NCBI GenBank assembly: GCA_002071485.1
Contig: MWFF01000078.1
Location: forward strand, 3,890 to 67,889
Source of the DNA: Verrucomicrobia bacterium ADurb.Bin006
GTDB taxonomy: Bacteria; Verrucomicrobiota; Verrucomicrobiia; Limisphaerales; J093
Reading direction: 5' to 3'
Length of the DNA stretch: 64,000 nt
Position numbers and translations under genes: made by a program. Under the pieces are notes generated by a model. It saw only the letters and a program-made list of their open reading frames with translations. It did not search any database and was not told the DNA's origin. Below are positions 38,522-47,700 of the stretch, one piece after another; the first letter of the stretch is position 1; each line of letters begins with the position of its first letter.

Positions 38522-41500
38522 TCAGCCATTAGGACTGAGACCGCCCAAGGTCTGCCAGACGCCGAACCAGCGCCGGCTGTTCGAGTCGCTACCGACAACT
38601 TTCAACCGCAGGGGTTTGCCCGGGGTGACACTCGACGACGGCAGCGACAGGGTCAGCCGCCCCATCTCCGGACGCGAATTGTCGCGTTCGTACTTCAGGC
38701 TGACCGTCCGGTCGGCATTCCACCAGGCCGTGTCGGATTCGCTGATGGCGGGAATGTCGAGCACCTTTGTGTCGTCCACGTAGAGGGCGAACGTTCCCTG
38801 GGGCTCGGCGAAGTAGCCCATGCCACCTTCCCATGTGATCGCGAACACCTCATGGTGAGGGGCAGTGGCCGGCACGGGTTGGGTTTCCCAAATCAGCTCG
38901 TTCTTGCCGCGCATTGCCCGGGCCACATCGAGCTGCACGCCGTTGAGCGGCGCATGATCGTATCCGACATCGCCGGCCTCGAGCGTCCTCGACCACCCGT
39001 TCGGCGCGGGCGCGCTGGCCAGCGTCGAGACGGTTCCCCGCGGATCGAAGCGATCCGACTGCGCATAACGGATCAACCCATCCAGCAGACAGGTCCCTTC
39101 GGGATGGCCCGAGAGGAGGTCCAGCCCGAAGGTCATCAAGGCACGGCCCTGCTTGATCCGCGCCTCCGCTGCGTAGAGGTAATAGCTGTCCAGGCCTTCG
39201 CCTACGACAAACATCTCGTCCGGATGCAGCCCGGGCAGCGCAGGCAACTTCAGGCCCCTTTTGAGAATGCGAAAGGCGAGCGGGGACAAATGACCGTCGT
39301 GCGGGAAAACGCCCAGGGCGGGATGCCTCGCGAAGGCGGTGCCGACCTGTTCGCCCATCGCCCACCAACCGAGGCTGACGTTGGGGGCTCCGGTGGTCCG
39401 GTTGATCAGGAGGACGCGTTTGCCCGAGGCCAATGCCGGCTCGACATCCGGCGAGCCGAAGAACGAAACGAGCAGGGCTGCCCGCTCCGCCTCTGGATCG
39501 TCGGCGGCGACCAACCCCGAGTACAGCGGCACCAATTGGGGCAGGAGAGCTGGTGCAACCGCGATTCCGGCACCAGTCCGCGTGCCGCGTTTGGGGAAGA
39601 GCCAGAAGTCCCATTGATTGCGAATCCCTGTCTCGGCCAACGAAACGTCCAGGATCGCATGAGCTGGTTGTTGAAGATCGGAGATCACGAACTCGGCTCG
39701 AGCCAGCGACCGGACAGAACCGAGGTCCACATCACCGCCCGAGCACACTCCCTCGGCCAGCACTGACTTGTCCGCGCGCAACGTCCAAGAAACCCGTGTC
39801 TGCTTCAGAGGCTGGTCGCCGTAATGCGACACCCAGAAATCGGCCCGGATGCGGTCGCCGGCGACTGCGATACGGGCGGATGGCTCGGTAACGAGCAGGA
39901 GCACGGTGGGCGCATTAAAGACACGAAAGGCCTCTGGGGTGTAGCCGTTGGATTTCGGCTCCCAGAAGGGATCGAGAAACCCTTGCGCGCTGTAGGTGTC
40001 TCCCTGTTTCACCACCACATCGACAATGGTCCAGAAACTATAACCGTCGCAGGCGGGGTCCATGCGGGCGGCTTCCAGCCCTAGCTTCTGATAATGCCGC
40101 TGCAAAGCGTGCGCGGCGTCCTGGCAGGCGTCGCCCCAGCGCCGATCGAGCCCGGCATCTGTCAACCAATCATCGCGGGTCTCGATCGGGACGGGCGGCA
40201 ACATGACCCCGGAAAACTTCGCGGCGAGACGCGGATCCTGTTTCACCGAGAGGTTGAGGTACTCATGGGCGACAAAGGGCGCGTCGCAGGCAAAACTGCC
40301 GGGCTGCCAGGCGTTGATAGGGCCATTCCTGAAATCGGAGTTCTCGGCTGTGTTGAAAGTCCCGTCCTGGTGGAGAACCAGCCGGTCGGGATCCAGTTGT
40401 TTGACTAGCTTGTAGATCTGGATCCCCAATGGGCGTCCGAGGGTGCCTTCATTCCCCATGCAGTAGGTCGCGAGCGACACGTGACGGCGATAATGCGTGA
40501 TCAATTCCTTCAGGTCCCGGATGGGATCGAAGGTGAACGCCTCCGTCGGATAGTCGCCGTAGTACGGGAGCTCCGGTTGAACCAGCACCCCGGCCTCGTC
40601 CGCCGCCTCGAAGTACTCCGGAAGCTCGCAGTGCGTGTGGAGCCGGACGTACATGAACCCGGCCTGCCGAGCGGTCCGGAAGTGCCTGAGATGCTCCTCG
40701 CGAGACGCCGGCGAGACCAAAGTGAGCGGGTAAACAAAGTCGTCGCCATAGCCGCGAATAAAGCATGGCGTGTTGTTGAAGTAGAAGCGATCGCCGCGCA
40801 CCTCGAACTTGCGAACCCCGAACCGCTCCGCCCAGCCGTGGACCGGACGGTCTCCGTCACACAGGAGAATCTCGGCGCGATACAGCGCGGGGGATTCGGG
40901 TGACCAGGGTTGAAAGCGCGTCAACGGAATCGAGCAGATCACCTCGGCCGATTTCAGCCGCGGATCGAAAACAACCTCCCGATCGCCTTCACCCGCCGCC
41001 TGGCCGTCGCTTGTCCTGAGAGTCACCCGCAATCTCGGCTGTTCCAGCGTGCAAACGCCGTTCTCGCAGGCCACGGTGGCATGGACCTCGGCCGTCTGGT
41101 TGTCGAAATCGCCGCGGACCCACGCGTAATCGATCCGGGTGTCGGGGGTGGCCTCCAATTCGACATCGCGGTAGAGGCCGCCAAACCGGTGCGTGCTGCT
41201 GAAGAGGCCCTTTCGGCTGGGCGGCACATTGTTCACCTCAGCCACAATGACGGCCTGGCTTCCCGCCTCGACCAGGTCGGTGATGTCATACTTGTACGTG
41301 CCGCAGTAGTTGTCCACGCAGGCGACGGGTGTCCGGTTGACCCAGAACCAGCCCTGAGAACGCACGCCGCCCACCTTGAGCCAGACCCGCTGCCCGCGCC
41401 ACGCTTCGGGAATGGCGACTGTCTTGCGATACCACGCGTCCCCCCGGTAAACCGCGCGCAGCGGCTTCGCACAATGATCCCACTTGCAGTCCCAGGAATC

Positions 41501-41821
41501 CCCCATGCCAGGCGCCCCCACCCCCTGCGCTTCCCAACACCCGGGAACCTGAATCGTACGCGCATCGGGCCACGGCTGGGCGTAGAAGGCGTTCCAGCCC
41601 GGATGACGCAGCGGGGCCACCGGGCGCGTGGTGAATTCCCATTCGCCACGGAGCGAAAGCACGGATTGCAGCGGCGACGCGACCGCGGGATTCACCACGG
41701 CCGGCAATGCCGCCCGCCCGCCCCAGGTGTCGACGCCAGTCAGCCAGCCATCCTCCCCCCCGGCCTGGACGCCATTGCGCCAGAGACTCGACGCGAGGCA
41801 GACAAGGGCAACGATCCTCAT
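38522..41821 (-). CDS. Glycoside hydrolase family 2-like protein with extra C-terminal domains
   Basis: Start trimmed to ATG 41821 (MRIVALVCLASSLW). GH2 sugar-binding-type block YRGDAWYRKTVAIPEAWRGQRVWLKVGGV...VWVN, and a TIM-barrel block FMYVRLHTHCELPEYFEAADEAGVLV. Confidence 0.8.
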   Translation of the reverse strand: MRIVALVCLASSLWRNGVQAGGEDGWLTGVDTWGGRAALPAVVNPAVASPLQSVLSLRGEWEFTTRPVAPLRHPGWNAFYAQPWPDARTIQVPGCWEAQGVGAPGMGDSWDCKWDHCAKPLRAVYRGDAWYRKTVAIPEAWRGQRVWLKVGGVRSQGWFWVNRTPVACVDNYCGTYKYDITDLVEAGSQAVIVAEVNNVPPSRKGLFSSTHRFGGLYRDVELEATPDTRIDYAWVRGDFDNQTAEVHATVACENGVCTLEQPRLRVTLRTSDGQAAGEGDREVVFDPRLKSAEVICSIPLTRFQPWSPESPALYRAEILLCDGDRPVHGWAERFGVRKFEVRGDRFYFNNTPCFIRGYGDDFVYPLTLVSPASREEHLRHFRTARQAGFMYVRLHTHCELPEYFEAADEAGVLVQPELPYYGDYPTEAFTFDPIRDLKELITHYRRHVSLATYCMGNEGTLGRPLGIQIYKLVKQLDPDRLVLHQDGTFNTAENSDFRNGPINAWQPGSFACDAPFVAHEYLNLSVKQDPRLAAKFSGVMLPPVPIETRDDWLTDAGLDRRWGDACQDAAHALQRHYQKLGLEAARMDPACDGYSFWTIVDVVVKQGDTYSAQGFLDPFWEPKSNGYTPEAFRVFNAPTVLLLVTEPSARIAVAGDRIRADFWVSHYGDQPLKQTRVSWTLRADKSVLAEGVCSGGDVDLGSVRSLARAEFVISDLQQPAHAILDVSLAETGIRNQWDFWLFPKRGTRTGAGIAVAPALLPQLVPLYSGLVAADDPEAERAALLVSFFGSPDVEPALASGKRVLLINRTTGAPNVSLGWWAMGEQVGTAFARHPALGVFPHDGHLSPLAFRILKRGLKLPALPGLHPDEMFVVGEGLDSYYLYAAEARIKQGRALMTFGLDLLSGHPEGTCLLDGLIRYAQSDRFDPRGTVSTLASAPAPNGWSRTLEAGDVGYDHAPLNGVQLDVARAMRGKNELIWETQPVPATAPHHEVFAITWEGGMGYFAEPQGTFALYVDDTKVLDIPAISESDTAWWNADRTVSLKYERDNSRPEMGRLTLSLPSSSVTPGKPLRLKVVGSDSNSRRWFGVWQTLGGLSPNG

Positions 41822-42097
41822 ACAGGCCTGGGAGCTGGTACGCGGGGCGCCGGGGCCCGGACAACCCTTTGCGAAGGCGTTCATGGGCGCAGGCTGCGGT
41901 GAGCCGGCGCCAACGTCAAGAAGCGTGAGAGACACCGGAGAACAACCGTGATTGCCTGCCGCGCAGCCAACCTTTGTCGAAACCTCCGTTGCCCCCACAC
42001 AAATCAAGGCGGTGTAATCGCGGCTGGGCCGGGAACAAGGAGCAAAGCACTGGGATAGGTTGACCGATGCGATGAAATGTGGGACTTTTCCAGCGTC

Positions 42098-42625
42098 ATG
42101 AAATGGACTCCGCGCCTGGCGCTCGTGTGCGTGGTCGGCGGCTGGCTCTGTCCTGAGACCTTGCCTGCCGGCTGGATCGACATCCTCCCCGGACGTAGCT
42201 GGACTGCCCAATTCTACGGTGCGCGGCGCTATGTCAAACCGATCGCCCCTCAGACCCAACTGGCCACACCGCCGGCGACTCTCTCTCCAACACCCCCGCC
42301 TCTGCTGGGCACGACCCCGCCCGCCCGACCCCAGACCAACACGGTCGACGCAGAGATTCTCAAGAAACAGACAGATCAGAAGGCCGAGACTCTTAAAAGA
42401 ACCATCGAGTTCCAGAAGAAACGAGCCGAACAGGGGTCAGCCGTCGCCCAATTCGACCTTGGCAAGCGATATCTGACGGGTGACGGCCTCGAGAAGAATC
42501 TTCAGGAAGCCAGGAAATGGTTCGAGGCGGCTGCCAAGCAAGGCCACGCAGGAGCCGCAGCCAGGATCGAGGAAGTGGGAAAGCTCGAAGCCGCGGCGAC
42601 CAAAAAAGCCGAGCCAAGCCCATAG
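42098..42625 (+). CDS. Sel1-repeat (TPR-like) secreted protein
   Basis: Signal-like MKWTPRLALVCVVGGWLC. The Sel1 repeat is AEQGSAVAQFDLGKRYLTGDGLEKNLQEARKWFEAAAKQGHAGA. Confidence 0.75.
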   Translation: MKWTPRLALVCVVGGWLCPETLPAGWIDILPGRSWTAQFYGARRYVKPIAPQTQLATPPATLSPTPPPLLGTTPPARPQTNTVDAEILKKQTDQKAETLKRTIEFQKKRAEQGSAVAQFDLGKRYLTGDGLEKNLQEARKWFEAAAKQGHAGAAARIEEVGKLEAAATKKAEPSP

Positions 42626-42669
42626 CCCGGATCGATCCCAGGCTGCGCGCTGAACCAGACCCTAATCGT

Positions 42670-42716
42670 GGAAGCGTTGACATTCACCGATTGAATGCGG
42701 ACCGGGACCATGAACC
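42670..42716 (+). repeat. Intergenic repeat family B, copy 4
   Basis: GGAAGCGTTGACATTCACCGATTGAATGCGGACCGGGACCATGAACC. It contains the hairpin CATTCA-CCGAT-TGAATG. Confidence 0.6.
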
Positions 42717-42728
42717 GGTTTGTCGCCG

Positions 42729-42808
42729 TCCCGCATTGCGGGATGAGTCGGCGCGGATTCCTGCCTCCGACGGAGCGAGATGGCGCGGACTGATCCCGCG
42801 TTGCGGGA
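42729..42808. promoter_or_regulatory. Pair of near-identical 15-nt palindromes in a convergent spacer (hairpins or operator-like sites)
   Basis: TCCCGC-ATT-GCGGGA at 42729-42743 and TCCCGC-GTT-GCGGGA at 42794-42808. Confidence 0.35.
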
Positions 42809-42953
42809 CGGCTACGGAACCTGCAGTGCCTCGTGGAACTCGGCCCTCCGACTTCTGGTTACAACTGCGCCGCTTCCGGCTCTCCAAAGAGGAATTTGGC
42901 GGACGCTGTGCATCCGGCCTGCCGCCAACCCCAACTTCCCGCACCGGCGCGCC

Positions 42954-43361
42954 TCAGTGCCCGCAACTGCAGCCCTGGCCGCACCCGGCAAAATCGTCCT
43001 CTTCAGGCACGCGACCGAGTTCCATCGCCTTCATGACATAGCGGCCGACGGTCTCATGGACCCGTTGCATCTGCTGTTGGGCTTCCAGGAATCCGCGGAT
43101 CACACCATTCTGCATGATGGTCTCCCGCTCCTGCTCGAAGGCCTCGATTTCCTCGCGTGTCAACTGAGCACCCTGCTGCTGCTTGTATTGCAGGTCCTGC
43201 CCCTTGTTGGCGAGGCTGTGGTACCGGGAGCGCGCATCATCGTCAGCCAGAAACGTCTCGACGTCCCGCCGCATGGCAAGGAAATCAGTCTGGTTGATGA
43301 TGGTCTCGCACAGTTCGCGTGTCTTGGTGAGAACCGGTCCGTTATCAAGGTTAGAATGCAT
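42954..43361 (-). CDS. YlbF/YmcA-like helical protein with a C-terminal Cys/His cluster
   Basis: Start trimmed to ATG 43361. It has helical, Gln/Glu-rich YlbF-like composition (TRELCETIINQTDFLAMRRDVETFLADDDA) and ends in GCGQGCSCGH. Confidence 0.6.
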   Translation of the reverse strand: MHSNLDNGPVLTKTRELCETIINQTDFLAMRRDVETFLADDDARSRYHSLANKGQDLQYKQQQGAQLTREEIEAFEQERETIMQNGVIRGFLEAQQQMQRVHETVGRYVMKAMELGRVPEEDDFAGCGQGCSCGH

Positions 43362-43595
43362 GTCGTGTTCTTTCAAATCGGTGAAAGTAGACCAGACCTG
43401 CCTTTCCACAAGTCATTTCCGGTCTTTATCCAAAACCTATCGCTAAAAGTAGGGACAGATCACACGCGTATGGCTTACCGTCGGGGTTGTAGGCGGAAGC
43501 CGCGGTCTGCCAGATCTTGCCGTCCGCACAGACCCTAAGGGGAGAACGGAAAGATGCAGTCCCTTGTTTCTCCGGTGGTCCACCCTGAATTCGCT

Positions 43596-44003
43596 CTACG
43601 GATCAGAGCGTCCGGCGGCCTCAGGCTGATAGATCACCTTCTCGACCCGCAGACGCACAGGCCCGGCCGGGACCTCCCACTCGAACTCGTCACCCTCGCG
43701 CTGGCCGAGCATGGCGGTGCCGATGGGCGCGAGCACGGAGATGCGCCCTGCCTCGTAATCAGCCCGGTCCGGAAAGACCAGCGTGTAGGTCATCACGTCG
43801 TCGGTTAGCAGTTCGCGCAACTGCGCCGTCGAGTTCATCGTGATGATGTCCTGCGGGATATCCTCGGGGGCGACCACCCGGGCGCGATCGAGTTCGGCGG
43901 CCAGTTTCTCGAGGGCCTCACCAGCGTTCTTCTGGCGGGCCAGCAGCGCCTGAAGGCGGGCCATGTCGGCCGTGGTTACATAAATCGTCCGGTCGTCTGA
44001 CAT
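43596..44003 (-). CDS. rnk: GreA/GreB-family protein (Rnk-like)
   Basis: 135 aa. An N-terminal coiled segment is followed by a GreA C-terminal-like domain (ISVLAPIGTAMLGQREGDEFEWEVPAG). Confidence 0.8.
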   Translation of the reverse strand: MSDDRTIYVTTADMARLQALLARQKNAGEALEKLAAELDRARVVAPEDIPQDIITMNSTAQLRELLTDDVMTYTLVFPDRADYEAGRISVLAPIGTAMLGQREGDEFEWEVPAGPVRLRVEKVIYQPEAAGRSDP

Positions 44004-44043
44004 AATGGTGTTTAGGTCCGAGCCCTCTCGCTATCCTGGGAGT

Positions 44044-44094
44044 GGCTTGCAATCGCAGTGGGCATAGTAATTCCTTCCGCCTCGATTGCAAGCC
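44044..44094 (-). terminator. Long hairpin between the end of the T2SS operon and the rnk-like start (candidate terminator or regulatory stem)
   Basis: Perfect 12-bp arms GGCTTGCAATCG (44044-44055) and CGATTGCAAGCC (44083-44094) with a 27-nt loop. No U-tract follows. Confidence 0.35.
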
Positions 44095-44140
44095 AGTCTG
44101 ATCGAATCCCGGGTCTCGAAGATTCGTCCCGCATCCGCAT

Positions 44141-44665
44141 TCAATACGCGGACGCGGTGATCGAGCTGGGAGCCGACGTCACGGGCTCGGCCTTGTGCGG
44201 GTGGTAGCGAGCGATGATCGTGACGCGATCGGATGGCAGCGATCGGGGCATCCAGCTCAGAACCAGGCGATAGCCCGTCCCTAGCACCGTGGTGAACTCG
44301 TTATGGGCCAGTTCGGCCGGGGTGAATGTCCAGCGATGGAACGGCATCGGCAAAGCGGCTGGGCTGGGCGTGCCTTCATAGGCGATCAGTTCGAGTGTGC
44401 CGGATCGGAGAGGCATGGCGCGCGGGCTCGATCGGCTTGTGGCAAAGAGCTTCACCACCACGCCGTCCGCACCCGGTCTGCGGTCCAGATTGACCGCGAC
44501 CGGCAGCCCGAGGAGGTTCAACTCGTCGATGGCCGACGAGGAAGCCGCGCGGGGCGTCTTGCTGTTGGTGACGCAGCCGCAGAGGGCCACGGCAAGCAGG
44601 CAGGCCGCGCAAGCCCCCGCGGCTCGCCGCAGGCCGTTATGAATTCCGAATTGGATCGATATCAT
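44141..44665 (-). CDS. Lipoprotein of unknown function directly downstream of the secretin (pilotin candidate)
   Basis: ATG start. Lipobox LLAVALCGC followed by VTNSK. 174 aa with no other motif. Confidence 0.65.
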   Translation of the reverse strand: MISIQFGIHNGLRRAAGACAACLLAVALCGCVTNSKTPRAASSSAIDELNLLGLPVAVNLDRRPGADGVVVKLFATSRSSPRAMPLRSGTLELIAYEGTPSPAALPMPFHRWTFTPAELAHNEFTTVLGTGYRLVLSWMPRSLPSDRVTIIARYHPHKAEPVTSAPSSITASAY

Positions 44666-44725
44666 TCGTGAGAATTGCTGTTTCTTCGTTGAGAACGCGG
44701 GGCACCCATGAAACGCTAACTCTCC

Positions 44726-47700
44726 TCACTGCGGAGTCTGGCTTTCGAGGGTTTTCGGGGGCAGCAGAGGATCGAGCACACGGCGCTGAAGCGGATCGCG
44801 CTGGAACTCGCCCTGGATGGTCGATCCCCGGAGTTCCTCTTCGGTGAAGGTCTGGGCGTCGAAGCTTCTGCCCTCGCCTTCTCCCTTGAGCAGGATTTGC
44901 GGGGTCAGAACAACGAGCAGTTCTTTGCGGGTTTGGCCTTTGCTCTTGCTGCGGAACAGGACCCCCAGACCCGGGATGTCTCCCAGAAGAGGCACCTTCT
45001 TGGTTCGCTCGTCATCAATGGTCCCGATCAGCCCGCCGATCAGGACCGACTGCCCGCTCTTGACGGTCACGGTCGTGGTGGCGGTGCGCTGGTTGATGAT
45101 CGGCAAGTCCTCCCCCTTCGAGATGGTGACCTTCGAACTCGAGAGATCCGAGATGCTCGGCGCCACGTCCATCTTCACGTAGCCGTCGGGACTGATCCGC
45201 GGGGTGACGGTGAGCATGACACCGACGTCCCGGTACTCGATGGCGCTGACCGTTCCGCCCTGCGGAGTGACCTGGGTGCTTTGGACGACCGGGACGCTTT
45301 GGCCGATGTTGATCGTGGCCTCCTGGTTGTCGGCAGTGAGAATCTGGGGGCGGCTCAACACCTCGAGCCGGCCCTGGTTCTGGAGGGCGCGCACCAGAAA
45401 CCGGTAATTGCTGCCGGTGACGGAAGACCAGTACCCGCCGTAGTCCTGGAGGAGCTCCCGCTGTCCAAAATCCGTCCCGGTGCTCACCACAGGGTCGGTG
45501 TCGGACGTGTAGTCCCATTCCACGCCTAGTTGGGTGGTCGAGTCGAGCGTGACCTCGGCAAGCAGGACCTGGATGAGCACTTGCGGCTGGGGTTGATCGA
45601 GTTCCTCGACCAGTCCCTGGACTTCCTTGAAGTAGCGCGGGCTGGCGGAGATCAGGAGGCTGTTGCTGTTGGTCTCCGACACGATGCTGACTTCGCGGTC
45701 GAGGATGTTCTGCGCGGTGCCCACGCCGGAGGGGCCGAGGATCGACATGATCCGCTGGAGATCCTGCTGGAGGAAGGTGCGCAGGGAAGCCTCGACGGCC
45801 TGCGAGCGCGCGTTCTTGAGCCGGTACACCTTGGCCGTGCGCTCCTGCGCCGGCGTGGAATCGAGGGTGGCGATGATTTGCGTGGCGAGGGCGACGTAGT
45901 GTTCCGTGCCGCCCACCAGCAGGCTGTTGGTTCGGAAGTCGACGGTTACCGAAAGGGCGTCTTCCTGGGCGGATCCGACCACCGCGCCGATGGCTTCGGC
46001 CGGCGCCTCGCCCTCGGGACCGGTCGCGTCCGTCGTGGCAGGCATGACGTATTGCACCGACTGCTGGCCGGCGCCCGCGGCGCCGACCCGCTGGAGACGG
46101 AACAGGCTGGTGAGGACCTGGGCCATCTGACGGGCATCGGCGTTTTTCAGATGAAACACCTTGATCTGCGCCATCGTGGGGGCCGTGGCGTCGAGGTGCG
46201 AGATGACCTCGCTGAGCAGCGCCATGTAATCGAGCGGGGCGGACACCACCAGCGAATTCGCCCGAGAATCGGGCACGATCAAAATGCCTTCCTTGAGCGC
46301 GCTGGTGATCAGCCGCTCGCCTTCCTGTGTTTTGGTGATGAACTGGAGCAGGGACTGCCGGTTCGGACTGGCCTCGGTAAGGGCGCGGGGATTGTTGTTC
46401 AGCACGTTGTTGAGCACCAGGGCCATCTCGACGGCACGCCCGTTCTGCAACGGGAAAATGCGGATTTCAGCCACACGCGCCACCTGGTCCGTGTCGAGCT
46501 TCTTGACGAGGTCGGCGATGCGTTTGAGATCCGTCTCGCCGGCCGAGACGATGATGGCATTGAGGCGCTCGTCGACATCGAGCACCACCGGGACCAGCGC
46601 GGCGCCCGGAGCCGCCCCGGCGCCCGCACTGCCCCTGAAGAGCGACTGGAGGGTCTGTTGCACGCGCCGCGCGTCTGCCTTGGCCATCTGAAACACCTGG
46701 ACCTGCGCGCCGCCGGCCGGCTGCTCGGTATCGAGCTTCTCGATGAGCGAGGCGACCATGGCAAGATCGTCATCGGACGCCCCGATGATCAGGGCGTTGG
46801 CCCAGCCGTCGGCAATGACGGTCACCGGTTCGGGCGGCTGGCCCTGGATGCGGGGGGGGCGGTTGGTGAAGAGGCGCTGGAGTGTGGCCTGCAGCTTCGT
46901 GGCGGTGGTGTGACGCAGTTCATACACCCGGAAGTTGGTGCGCGCCATTGCCGTATCGGTGTCGAGTTGCTCGATCATTCGCTCCACGGCGTCGAAACTC
47001 TCCTTGCCGCCGGTGATCAGGAGCGTGTTGGTGCGGTCGTCGGCCGTGACAGTGACCGGGGCGGACCGCTGGGCGGCGCCCACGGCGGTCTCGCTGGCGC
47101 GTCGGGCGCGGAAGAACTGTTCGAGCACCGTGGCCAGGTGCGAGGCGCGCGCGCGCTTGAGTGCGAAGAGGCGGATATCGCTGGCCCCGGTGAAATCGGC
47201 GGTATCGAGTTGACGGATGAGTTCCTTGACGATCAGGAGATTCTCGGGGCTGGCCGAGACGATCAGCGTGTTCGAGCGCGGATCGGTGGCCAGGGCGAGC
47301 GCGTCACGCCGGCTGCGGCGCCCGCCTTCAACCGCCAAACCCGGGCGGTAGAGGCCCTGATCGAGCAGCGACCGCAACAGGGTCGAGACACGCTGCACAT
47401 CCGCATGTTCGAGCGTGAAGGTCTCGATGAGGCCTCCGGTGGCCACTGGCTCGGCATCGAGCTTGGCCACCAACTCGCGCACCAACTCGAGGTTCGGCTT
47501 GCTGGCCGAGATGACCAGCGCATTGCTGAGGGTGTCCGCCTCGACCTCGACGCGATCCGAAGGCGCGGGCTGCTGGCCGACGGGCGTCATGCTCCGAAGC
47601 CGGGCGGCGAACACGCTGCGGATTGTGACCGCCACGCGGGCCGAGTCGTTGTACTCCAAGCCGAGGACGCTCAGTTCCACCGACGGGTTCTCCGGCGGGC

